Position numbers and translations under genes: made by a program. The notes under the pieces are model-generated. The model had not been told where the DNA came from and did no database searches. It saw only the letters and a list, made by a program, of their open reading frames with translations. A stretch of 62,012 nucleotides of DNA, the filler included. It is 7 parts of 7 records of this genome, joined end to end, with 100 filler letters (N's around TTAATTAATTAA, not from the genome) between each part and the next. Parts side by side here need not be neighbours in the genome. Positions count along the whole stretch, not along the records: positions 1 to 7,896 come from SRR20825010_4834; positions 7,997 to 25,074 come from SRR20825010_4839; 5 more parts are not named here. One strand, given 5' to 3'. This document shows positions 1-8,089 of this stretch, one piece after another (positions within the stretch are counted from its first letter, which is position 1; each line of letters begins with the position of its first letter).

Positions 1-1229
1 ATGGTGATGCCGCCGCCCGGCCAGACATAGACCGGGGCACCGCCAACCGTGACCTGCGTCTTACGGCCCTGAACCGACCGGGTGAGATTGATGGGGTTGC
101 GGGTAACCCCCGAGCGGAGCGAGCCGCCCGCACCGCCCATGAACAGGACGGTGCAAAGTGCGGGCTCACAATTCTCAGAAATTAGCTCCACGGACCGCCT
201 AAGCTCCTGAGGCATTTGTTGTGCGACCGGTTGCAAATCATCATCGAGCACGTAATAGCCCGAATGCTCACCGGTGGTAGAGACCATGAGGATGGACAGA
301 CCAGGCCGCGCACCTTTCTTTTCCTTCCAGGGGCCGAGAATACTCAGCGGATCCTCGATATTGGTGCCGCCCCAGCCAAGGCCGGGTTCAGCGACGCGGA
401 AATATCGGCCCGGCGTCGAGCGATGCCCGAGAATGCTGATGCCCGTATCCGGCCAGTCTATGACCTTGCCGGCCTGATGCTCCGAGACAACGCCGGTAAT
501 GTGATCGTCTACTACCACCACATCGTCCACGAGGCCCTTCCATTGGGAGGCAAACATGCCGATGGCGGCGGATCCGCAGCCGACGCGCATCCGCTCTTCG
601 GGCGTTCCGTCCACGATGGGGGGCTTTCCGGCCTGCACGACTACCGTTGAGCCGCCATCCACGGTCAGTTCGACCGGCTCCTTGTTGCACAGGCTCAGAA
701 GTGCGGCGCAGGTCTTGCGGCCTTCGGCCTTGCTGCCCCCGGTCAGGTGGTCGACGCCACCGAGCGACAGCATTTGCGAGCCGTATTCCGAGGTCATGAC
801 ATGACCGACCGGCTCACCTTCCGCCCGGACGATCGCCGCCTCGTGGCCAAGGTGCCGATCGGTGTCGATCTTCACCTTGACGCCGCAATAGGAGAAAATG
901 GCTTCGGTGACGACGGTGACGAAATCCGCACCATCGATCTCCCGGCTGACGATGAAAGGGGCCGGTTTGAAATCCGGATAGGTCGTGCCCGCACCGACAG
1001 CGGAGACAACCACCGTGTTCCCCGAAACCGTGTGCCCGTCCCATTCGGCGGCGAGAAACGGCTTGATCTCATCGCCTTTGGCCAGACGTTTATCCAGGAT
1101 CGTCAGCGGATCGCAGCGAATGATCTTGCCATTCTCGTTGGCATAACGGTCACAGGCTCCAGCCCGGCCCTCGGCGATGAAACACATCACCGGGCAGGCA
1201 TCGCAGCGGATTTTTTCGGGGCGGCTCAT
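1..1229 (-). CDS. hnr: 6-hydroxynicotinate reductase (3' end runs off the window; absent from the ORF track)
   Basis: Hand translation from the ATG at 1229 (ATGA overlap with the stop of the Mo enzyme): MSRPEKIRCDACPVMCFIAEGRAGACDRYAN...ENCEPALCTVLFMGGAGGSLRSGVTRNP...VYVWPGGGIT. The N-terminal Cys cluster and the C-terminal motifs match my recollection of the Hnr family. Confidence 0.85.
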   Translation of the reverse strand, partial: MSRPEKIRCDACPVMCFIAEGRAGACDRYANENGKIIRCDPLTILDKRLAKGDEIKPFLAAEWDGHTVSGNTVVVSAVGAGTTYPDFKPAPFIVSREIDGADFVTVVTEAIFSYCGVKVKIDTDRHLGHEAAIVRAEGEPVGHVMTSEYGSQMLSLGGVDHLTGGSKAEGRKTCAALLSLCNKEPVELTVDGGSTVVVQAGKPPIVDGTPEERMRVGCGSAAIGMFASQWKGLVDDVVVVDDHITGVVSEHQAGKVIDWPDTGISILGHRSTPGRYFRVAEPGLGWGGTNIEDPLSILGPWKEKKGARPGLSILMVSTTGEHSGYYVLDDDLQPVAQQMPQELRRSVELISENCEPALCTVLFMGGAGGSLRSGVTRNPINLTRSVQGRKTQVTVGGAPVYVWPGGGIT

Positions 1230-3961
1230 TGCGAGGCCTTTATCGCCGCGAGCACACGATGGGGCAGGGCGGGGACTTTTGTGATCCGGGCACCGGATGC
1301 GTGCCTGATTGCATTCAGGATCGCGGGGGCGGTCGGGATCAGCACATGCTCACCCAGCCCCTTGGCCCCCATAGGCCCTTCCGGGTCGTGTTTCTCGATG
1401 AAGATCGATTGCACTTCCGGCATGTCTCCGATCGTCGGGATCAGATAATCATGCAGGTTCTCCGTGCGGCCCGGGATGAACTCTTCCATCAGGGCAAGCC
1501 CAAGTCCTTGCGCGATGCCGCCTTCGACCTGACCCTCGGCAAGCAACGGATTGATGACCCGCCCGAGGTCATGTGCCGCGGTGATGCGAATGACCCTGGT
1601 CCTGCCGAGAAGCATGTCGACTTCAACTTCGGCCATTTGCGCGCCGTAACCGTAGACTGCGTAAGGCGTGCCCTGACCGTCCTCGTCCAGTGCGGTTGTC
1701 GGCGGATCGTACGTCTCTTCCGCCATCAGGACATAGCCGTCCGGGTTTGCCGGAAGCGCGTTCAGATCGATCTCGCGCCGTTCATCGCCATGGCTGACGA
1801 TGATTTTGCCGGAGCCGAGTTCGATACGCGCCGTTCCCGGCAAATTGGTCAGGCGCAGGATGGTGTCGCGCAATGCGTTGCCCGAGCGTTCCGCTGCCTT
1901 GCCGGAAATATAGGTCTGACGCGATGCCGAAGTCTTGCCGCAATCCGGCGTCAGCGCCGTGTCCGGACCGATCAGCTCGAACAAGCTGAGCGGTACGCCC
2001 ATCGCATCCGCCGCGATCTGCGTGATCACGGTGTTCGAGCCCTGTCCGATATCGGTCGCGCCCTGGTGCAGCTTGAGCGCGCCCCCGGACGTGATGCCGA
2101 TACGGATCGTAGACGGGTTCGGCAGGGCCGTGTTCCCGCATCCATACCAGCAGGAGGCGACACCGATGCCGCGTTTCAGTACCGGTGACACCTCATTATG
2201 CGCAGCAGCTTCTGCGAGCGCTCTGTCCCAGTGGGGCTTGAGCGCGTCGAGGCATTCCTCAATCCCGACGGCCTGCAGCACCTGGCCGGAGGGCGTCGCA
2301 TCGCCATCCCGAAGGGCGTTCAGGCGCCGGAATTCCAGCCGATCAATCCCGCATTTCCCGGCCAGATCGTCATACAGAACTTCCTGGCAGATGGCCGCCT
2401 GCGGCACGCCGAAGCCCCGGAACGCCCCTGCCGTTGGCCCGTTGGTATGAATGGCCCGGCTGGTCGCCCGATAGTTCGGGGTGAGGTAGGGGCCGGAAGC
2501 ATGCACGGGGACACGGGTCGCCACGGTCGGGCCCCAGCTGGCATAGGCGCCGGTATTGAAATCACCATGCAGGATCATGGACGTGATCCGGCCATCCTCG
2601 TCCGCGCCAATCGATGCTTCCAGCGTACCGGGGTGGCGCTTCGTGCTTGCCCGCATGGATTCCGACCGGCTGAAAACCATGCGGCAGGGCCGCCCCGTCT
2701 TCAGAACAGCCAGCCCAAGGAGCGGCTGAACCGTGATGTCGAGCTTCGAGCCGAACCCGCCACCGGCAGCCGATGGGATGATCCTGACCCGCTCCACCGG
2801 CAGACCCAGAACCTTGGCGGTATCGTCCCGGTCCATCACAGGCGCTTGCGTGCAGGCCTGAATCACCAATGTATCGCCATCGAGCCAGGCGGCACCGGCT
2901 TCCGGTTCTATATAGGCGTGCTCGACATAGGAAGTTTCGAAACTCCCCGATGCGACATGCGGCGCCGATTGCATGGCCTGGTCCGGATCTCCACTGGCAA
3001 CGCGGCCCCGGATCAGCGTGTTCTCCGAGCGGGTCTCATGCAATTGGGGGGCACCAGCCACTCCGCCCTCGGCTTGCGTCAGGCTATGGGGCAGCGCGGT
3101 CCATGTGACCGGGAAGCCTTCGAGATCCATCGCCTCGACCAGGTCCGGGTCGCCGACGATCAGGGCCACCGGCTCGCCACGATAGCGTGCGATCTCCTCG
3201 GCGATGGCCGGTTGATCTGCGAGCGGGGGGATAACACCGAACCGGTTTTCACCCTCAATATCCGCCGCTGTCACTACGGCGGAGACACCGGGATGATCCA
3301 TCTGCCATTTTACGATGTCGCCGAGTTCGAAACGGGCATGATGGTGCGGAGAGCGAACGGCTCGAACCGCAAGTGATCCTTCGGGGGCATAGTCGGCGCC
3401 AAAAATTTCCGTGCCGTCGACCTTCCGGGCACCGTCCAGTCTCGGCACCGGGTGGCCGACCGCTTTCCCGGCAACGGGGGCGACTGTCTCTTCTATCGAC
3501 GATCCGACAGCCATAATGGCGGATATGATCTTTCTGTAGCCGGTACAGCGGCAAAGTACACCGGCGAGCGTGTCCTCAATTTCGGCGATATCGGGATTTT
3601 GGTTGTTGTGCAACAACTCCATGGAAGCCATCAGAACGCCCGGTGTACAAATGCCGCATTGCGCCGCACCGTGCGCCAGAAACGCCTTTTGCAGCTGCCC
3701 CATCAGAGCAGGATCGGCGGTTTCCACCGTCTCGACCCGCCGTCCGGCAACCTGGGCAACGGGGGTGAGGCACGCGCAATGCTGCCTGCCATCGATCAGT
3801 ACGGTGCAAGCGCCGCAATCGCCGGCATCGCAGCCGATCTTCACGCTCTTCAGACCGAGGTCATCCCGCAGTACCTCGGACAGCCGACGTCCCGGCTCGG
3901 ACAGGATGGCATGCTGTTCACCGGCAACAGTCAGCATCATTCGGCTTGAATGCACATTCAT
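1226..3961 (-). CDS. Xanthine-dehydrogenase-family molybdo-hydroxylase with fused N-terminal 2x[2Fe-2S] domain; probable nicotinate dehydrogenase
   Basis: GCDAGDCGACTV, QCGICTPG and LCRCTGY Fe-S motifs; Mo-domain motifs CTQAP, GGGFGSK, GAFRGFG and AKGLGE. The nicotinate assignment is from context (coupled to hnr). Confidence 0.88.
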   Translation of the reverse strand: MNVHSSRMMLTVAGEQHAILSEPGRRLSEVLRDDLGLKSVKIGCDAGDCGACTVLIDGRQHCACLTPVAQVAGRRVETVETADPALMGQLQKAFLAHGAAQCGICTPGVLMASMELLHNNQNPDIAEIEDTLAGVLCRCTGYRKIISAIMAVGSSIEETVAPVAGKAVGHPVPRLDGARKVDGTEIFGADYAPEGSLAVRAVRSPHHHARFELGDIVKWQMDHPGVSAVVTAADIEGENRFGVIPPLADQPAIAEEIARYRGEPVALIVGDPDLVEAMDLEGFPVTWTALPHSLTQAEGGVAGAPQLHETRSENTLIRGRVASGDPDQAMQSAPHVASGSFETSYVEHAYIEPEAGAAWLDGDTLVIQACTQAPVMDRDDTAKVLGLPVERVRIIPSAAGGGFGSKLDITVQPLLGLAVLKTGRPCRMVFSRSESMRASTKRHPGTLEASIGADEDGRITSMILHGDFNTGAYASWGPTVATRVPVHASGPYLTPNYRATSRAIHTNGPTAGAFRGFGVPQAAICQEVLYDDLAGKCGIDRLEFRRLNALRDGDATPSGQVLQAVGIEECLDALKPHWDRALAEAAAHNEVSPVLKRGIGVASCWYGCGNTALPNPSTIRIGITSGGALKLHQGATDIGQGSNTVITQIAADAMGVPLSLFELIGPDTALTPDCGKTSASRQTYISGKAAERSGNALRDTILRLTNLPGTARIELGSGKIIVSHGDERREIDLNALPANPDGYVLMAEETYDPPTTALDEDGQGTPYAVYGYGAQMAEVEVDMLLGRTRVIRITAAHDLGRVINPLLAEGQVEGGIAQGLGLALMEEFIPGRTENLHDYLIPTIGDMPEVQSIFIEKHDPEGPMGAKGLGEHVLIPTAPAILNAIRHASGARITKVPALPHRVLAAIKASQ

Positions 3962-4800
3962 CCAATGTCTCCCGGACCGGCTTGTAGTGCGCGCAACGTG
4001 CGGCGAAGCAACTCGGCAGCGCTTGTGTTTCTATAATCAGCGTCCGCGCGGATATCATCGATGGGGCTCAGCGCCTCCGCGACGAGCTGGTCTGTGATCA
4101 CATCCGGGTTCAGTGGCTGGCCGACCAGAGCGCGTTCCCCAGCATCCAGCCGTTGTGCAACGGGCCCGCAAGCGCCAACCGACAGAGCGGCTTCAGTCAC
4201 GATGCCGTCTTCGATCACGACACGTGCCGCTACCATAGAGATCGAAATCACAAGATATGTGCGGGCGCCCAGTTTCAGAAAATGACTGCTTCCGGTAAGA
4301 GCCTTGGCCGGGATCTTCACCGCAGTCAGGATTTCGTCCGGTCGCCGCTGTGTTTTGCGCGGGCCGGTCAGATAGTCCGCAAGAGGCAGAATGCGCACAC
4401 CGCTTGATGCACTCAGCTCGATCTCTGCATCGAGCACCAGAAGAGGCGGCACACCGTCCGCCGCGGGTGAGGCATTGCAGAGGTTGCCGGCGATTGTTCC
4501 CCGGTTCTGAATCTGCCTTGATCCAACTTCCCGTGCAGCCAGTTGCAAGGCGCGTAGGGCAGGCGGCAGATCCGCTTCCGCGATCTCGGCCCAGGTTGTC
4601 GTTCCGCCGATCCTCAAGCCGTCCTGATCCCGCCGGATTCCGGAGAGGCTCTCGATTCCGGTGATATCCAGCACATCGTAGGGAAGGGATTTACGTTCGG
4701 TGGACGGGTAAAGGTCAGTGCACCCCGCTGCTACTGTCAGCGGTCTCGATGCCAGTGCGTCCAAGGCAGACGTTAACATATCAGGTCGTAGATAGGTCAT
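3958..4800 (-). CDS. FAD-binding (CoxM/NdhF-type) subunit of the molybdo-hydroxylase
   Basis: AAGCTDL and QIQNRGTIAGNLCNASPAAD motifs; ATGA overlap with the downstream gene. Start placed at MTYLRP (4800; alternatives 4812 and 4815) because the track start at 4926 overlaps the MarR gene. Confidence 0.88.
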   Translation of the reverse strand: MTYLRPDMLTSALDALASRPLTVAAGCTDLYPSTERKSLPYDVLDITGIESLSGIRRDQDGLRIGGTTTWAEIAEADLPPALRALQLAAREVGSRQIQNRGTIAGNLCNASPAADGVPPLLVLDAEIELSASSGVRILPLADYLTGPRKTQRRPDEILTAVKIPAKALTGSSHFLKLGARTYLVISISMVAARVVIEDGIVTEAALSVGACGPVAQRLDAGERALVGQPLNPDVITDQLVAEALSPIDDIRADADYRNTSAAELLRRTLRALQAGPGDIG

Positions 4801-4825
4801 CGTGGCTGTCATCATGAACACACAA

Positions 4826-4843
4826 ACTTGTTTGTATACAAGT
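4826..4843. promoter_or_regulatory. Palindromic candidate operator between the divergent FAD-subunit and MarR genes
   Basis: ACTTGT-TTGTAT-ACAAGT inverted repeat containing the perfect palindrome TTGTATACAA (4832-4841). Confidence 0.55.
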
Positions 4844-4883
4844 GGATGTTGCGGCAACCCCGCCAACCTGTCAATAGAAGCGG

Positions 4884-5315
4884 ATGGGAAAAAGCAGCAA
4901 CATCGCCGACACCTACCGGCTTGCAAGTCAGGTCGGATTTAACCTTCGCAGGGCCAACCAGCGCCATATCGCGATCTTCAGTCGGCATGTTGACGGCATG
5001 ACGCCGACACAGTTTGCGACCCTTGCCCGGCTCTATGAGCTTGGTCCTCTGTCCCAGAACAAACTGGGGCGCATGACGGCGATGGACTCGGCAACGATCA
5101 AGGGGGTCGTCGAGCGGCTTATGGCCAAGAACTTTCTGACTTTGCGTCCGGACCAGAACGATCAGCGCCTCCGTATCGTGGAGTTGACCGAGGAAGGGCA
5201 GGCGGCCTTCGAGGCGGCGCATGCTCAAGCCCTTCGGGCCAGGGAAGAAACGCTTGAGCCGCTTACGGCCGAGGAGACGGAAATACTGGAAGCCATCCTG
5301 GCAAAACTCGTCTGA
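4884..5315 (+). CDS. MarR-family transcriptional regulator (NicR-like)
   Basis: 143 aa; QVGFNLRRANQRH, MTPTQFATLARL, LSQNKLGRMTAMDSATIKGVVERL and DQRLRIVELT winged-helix pattern; divergent from the catabolic genes. Confidence 0.85.
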   Translation: MGKSSNIADTYRLASQVGFNLRRANQRHIAIFSRHVDGMTPTQFATLARLYELGPLSQNKLGRMTAMDSATIKGVVERLMAKNFLTLRPDQNDQRLRIVELTEEGQAAFEAAHAQALRAREETLEPLTAEETEILEAILAKLV

Positions 5316-5328
5316 ACGATAGGCCCGG

Positions 5329-6024
5329 TTACACGCCGACATATTTGTGCAAGAGCGCCTGATCGGATTTGAGATCAGCCACCGGCACGATTTCACGTCC
5401 GTGCCCGTTCTCAAGAAACGCAACGCGATCCGCCAGAGACAGAACCGCCTCGATCCGCTGTTCGACCAGAATGACGGCAACGCCTTGTGTGCGCATCTCG
5501 ACGATGGTCTCGCGGATGATATCGATCATCGACGGCTGTAATCCTTCGGTCGGCTCGTCCAGCATGAGAACCGATGGTTCAAGGCAGAGCGCGCGCGCCG
5601 TCGCCAGCATCTGCTGCTCGCCGCCGGAGAGTGTCTCGGCGCGCTGATCGAGGCGCTCTCGCAGGCGGGGAAACATCTCCAGGACCCGCTCGCGGGTTTC
5701 CGTTCCCTTGTCGCGGGCCATCAGGCCAATTTCGATATTCTCCGCGACTGTGAGTTCCGAGAACAAACGCCGTCCTTGCGGAATATATCCAATGCCTCGC
5801 TTGGGCGCCTGCTCTGCCGGCAGGGCACTGATGTCCTGCCCGTCGAGAAGCACTTTGCCACCGGACGGTTTCACCAGCCCCATGATTGCTTTCAAGGTCG
5901 TGGTCTTTCCCGCGCCGTTACGGCCGAGCAGGCAGAGCACTTCGCCCGGGACCACTTCGAAACTGACCTCGTGAAGCACCTGAACGGGACCGTATCCCGC
6001 ACTGACCCTGTCGAGCTTCAGCAT
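5329..6024 (-). CDS. livF: LIV-type ABC transporter ATP-binding protein (LivF-like)
   Basis: Walker A GRNGAGKTT, signature LSGGEQQ, Walker B LMLDEPTEGL. Confidence 0.9.
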   Translation of the reverse strand: MLKLDRVSAGYGPVQVLHEVSFEVVPGEVLCLLGRNGAGKTTTLKAIMGLVKPSGGKVLLDGQDISALPAEQAPKRGIGYIPQGRRLFSELTVAENIEIGLMARDKGTETRERVLEMFPRLRERLDQRAETLSGGEQQMLATARALCLEPSVLMLDEPTEGLQPSMIDIIRETIVEMRTQGVAVILVEQRIEAVLSLADRVAFLENGHGREIVPVADLKSDQALLHKYVGV

Positions 6025-6716
6025 GGAGCCGTCCCCAGATAAGCGTGCTGGACGCGTGCATCGGCGCGAACTTCCTCGGGTGTACCGGAGGCCAGGACCC
6101 GGCCGGTCTCAAGCACGGTAATGGCATCGGCGAGCGACATGACGACATCCATATTATGTTCGATCAGCAGGATCGTCGTCTCCGCCCGCAGCCGGCCGAT
6201 CAACTCCTTGAAACCCGCGATCTCGCTTTCGGCGAGGCCCTGGGTCGGCTCGTCAAGAATGAGCAGACGCGGGTTTTGTGCCACGCCCATAGCGATTTCG
6301 AGAAGACGCTGATGGCCGTAGGAAAGGGTGCCAGCGGTCTGATCTGACCGGTCTCGGAGGCCAACCCGGTCAAGCACCGCCAAAACGTCAGCTTCCTCGC
6401 GAGAACCGAGCGCCAGCGCGACATTGTCGAACAGACTGAGACGGGCATAGATCGCCGTGATCTGGAATGTGTAGGCCATGCCACGCCGGATGCGTGCATG
6501 CGCCGGGAGAGGGGTGACATTCGCACCGTCGAACCAGACCTCGCCGTCGCTGGCCTTGATCCGTCCGGCGACCATGCCGACGAACGTGCTCTTCCCGGCG
6601 CCGTTCGGGCCGATCAGGGCATGTACCTGTCCTTCCGGGAGCGAGAAATCGACCCGGTCTACGGCGGTCAATCCACCGTAGCGGCGGCTCAGGGCTTTTG
6701 TCTGCAGCAACATCAT
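6018..6716 (-). CDS. livG: LIV-type ABC transporter ATP-binding protein (LivG-like)
   Basis: GPNGAGKST, LSYGHQRLLEIA, LILDEPTQG, IEHNMDVV and C-terminal VQHAYLG. Start chosen at the ATGA overlap. Confidence 0.9.
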   Translation of the reverse strand: MMLLQTKALSRRYGGLTAVDRVDFSLPEGQVHALIGPNGAGKSTFVGMVAGRIKASDGEVWFDGANVTPLPAHARIRRGMAYTFQITAIYARLSLFDNVALALGSREEADVLAVLDRVGLRDRSDQTAGTLSYGHQRLLEIAMGVAQNPRLLILDEPTQGLAESEIAGFKELIGRLRAETTILLIEHNMDVVMSLADAITVLETGRVLASGTPEEVRADARVQHAYLGTAPC

Positions 6717-7657
6717 GGCAACCACGGCACCCAGCGCCGCCGGATTTCCCCCACGATCCCGGCCCTGGCAAACAGGGTCAGAAGGACAAGCACCAGACCG
6801 GCGATGATCATGTAGGCGCTGGTCAGACCGCTGGAATAGTCGATCAGGTAGAACATGAAGGCCGCGCCGACCAGCGGGCCGATGGTCGTGCCTGCACCGC
6901 CGAGCAACACCCAGAGCAGCGGGAAGATGGAGTAATGGACAGAGGCGAAAGTCGCGCCGACATACCCGAACAGCAGCGCATAACCGGCACCAGCCGCCCC
7001 CGCGATCGACCCCGAAATCACCACAGCCACGAATTTATGCCTGAAGACGTTATATCCGAGCATCTGCGTCCGCTCTTCGTTTTCGCGCACAGCGACGAGA
7101 ACATGACCGAAAGAGACCTGCATGATCCGGGCGGTGATAAGCAAAACAGTTGAAAAGAGCAGCAGCGCCGCGAGATAGCGGGTCACCGGGTCGGTCAGGT
7201 CCAGTCCGGCGATCTGCCGGGTTGCCTGTGGCAGCACAAACCCTTCGTCGCCGCGCGTCCATTCACCGAAATGAAGGATCGTCAGAAAAGCCGCCTGCGC
7301 GAACATCAGGGTGACGATCATGAACGCCACGCCGATTGTTCTGAGCGCGAGCACGGCAACCAAAGCCGCCAGAACCGCCGCCGCCAGTATCCCCAGGAAG
7401 AAAGCCGGAAGCGCGGGGACGCTGCCATATTGCATGGCAAGCCCAAGCCCATACATGCCAGCGGCGAAAAACATCGCATGGCCAAGGCTGAGCAATCCCG
7501 TGTAGCCGAACAGCACATTGTAGCCGACCGCATAGGTGGCCAGCACCATGATCCGCGCCAGATTCCCCTGATGGTAGGCGGGGAGCAGGAAGCACAGGCA
7601 GAAAAGCACACCGATCAGGCCGACATGAAGTACGGTCTCGCGTCTGACGGTACTCAT
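6713..7657 (-). CDS. livM: LIV-type ABC transporter permease (LivM-like)
   Basis: GYTGLLSLGHAMFF, AVRENEERTQMLGY and LLGGAGT motifs; multiple hydrophobic segments. Confidence 0.9.
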   Translation of the reverse strand: MSTVRRETVLHVGLIGVLFCLCFLLPAYHQGNLARIMVLATYAVGYNVLFGYTGLLSLGHAMFFAAGMYGLGLAMQYGSVPALPAFFLGILAAAVLAALVAVLALRTIGVAFMIVTLMFAQAAFLTILHFGEWTRGDEGFVLPQATRQIAGLDLTDPVTRYLAALLLFSTVLLITARIMQVSFGHVLVAVRENEERTQMLGYNVFRHKFVAVVISGSIAGAAGAGYALLFGYVGATFASVHYSIFPLLWVLLGGAGTTIGPLVGAAFMFYLIDYSSGLTSAYMIIAGLVLVLLTLFARAGIVGEIRRRWVPWLP

Positions 7658-7896
7658 GACGGTTTCTTCCCGTAAAGGCCTTGCGGACGGAAGACCAGAA
7701 TCAGCGCGACCAGCATGGTGGCGATGATCTTGGCGAGCGTCGGGCTGAAAAACACCGAGATGATGCCGTCGGACATGCCGATGATGATCGCGGCGACGAC
7801 AGTGCCGCGGATCGAGCCGAGGCCGCCGATGATGACAACGATAAAGCTCAGCAGGAGCGGGTCGCCGCCCATCAGATAATGCGCCTGCTGGATCGG
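7654..7896 (-). CDS. livH: LIV-type ABC transporter permease (LivH-like), C-terminal fragment
   Basis: FIVVIIGGLGSIRG and LVFRPQGLYG; the frame is open to the contig edge. Confidence 0.85.
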   Translation of the reverse strand, partial: PIQQAHYLMGGDPLLLSFIVVIIGGLGSIRGTVVAAIIIGMSDGIISVFFSPTLAKIIATMLVALILVFRPQGLYGKKPS

Positions 7897-7996
7897 NNNN
7901 NNNNNNNNNNNNNNNNNNNNNNNNNNNNNNNNNNNNNNNNTTAATTAATTAANNNNNNNNNNNNNNNNNNNNNNNNNNNNNNNNNNNNNNNNNNNN
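7897..7996. other. Artificial contig spacer
   Basis: 100 nt of N-runs around TTAATTAATTAA (stops in all frames); composition changes abruptly across it. Confidence 0.99.
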
Positions 7997-7998
7997 TG

Positions 7999-8024
7999 AG
8001 GTCTCGACTCCGCTCGACCGGACA
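7999..8024. repeat. Partial REP-like palindromic element at the contig edge
   Basis: AGGTCTCGACTCCGCTCGACCGGACA resembles the TCGAC..CGCTCGAC intergenic repeats I recall from Flavobacteriaceae; it sits at an assembly break. Confidence 0.45.
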
Positions 8025-8028
8025 ATAG

Positions 8029-8089
8029 TGGCTAATGGCTTTTGGCTAAAGAATACTGCCCACTGAAAACTGTTCACTGTTCACTATTC
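8029..8089. repeat. Degenerate 7-bp tandem repeats downstream of wzc
   Basis: TGGCTAA-TGGCTTT-TGGCTAA (8029-8049) and ACTGCCC-ACTGAAA-ACTGTTC-ACTGTTC-ACTATTC (8055-8089). Confidence 0.75.

Noticed and set aside
1226-3961. Selenocysteine recoding in the Mo hydroxylase
   Set aside because: No internal TGA; the terminal TGA overlaps the hnr start.
216-4097. Long plus-strand ORFs such as 747-1448, 1229-2188 and 2198-3376
   Set aside because: Antisense shadows of hnr and the Mo hydroxylase in GC-rich DNA, with no recognisable motifs.
7941-7952. TTAATTAATTAA palindrome recurring six times as a biological repeat
   Set aside because: It is always centred in N-runs and is a synthetic all-frame-stop linker.
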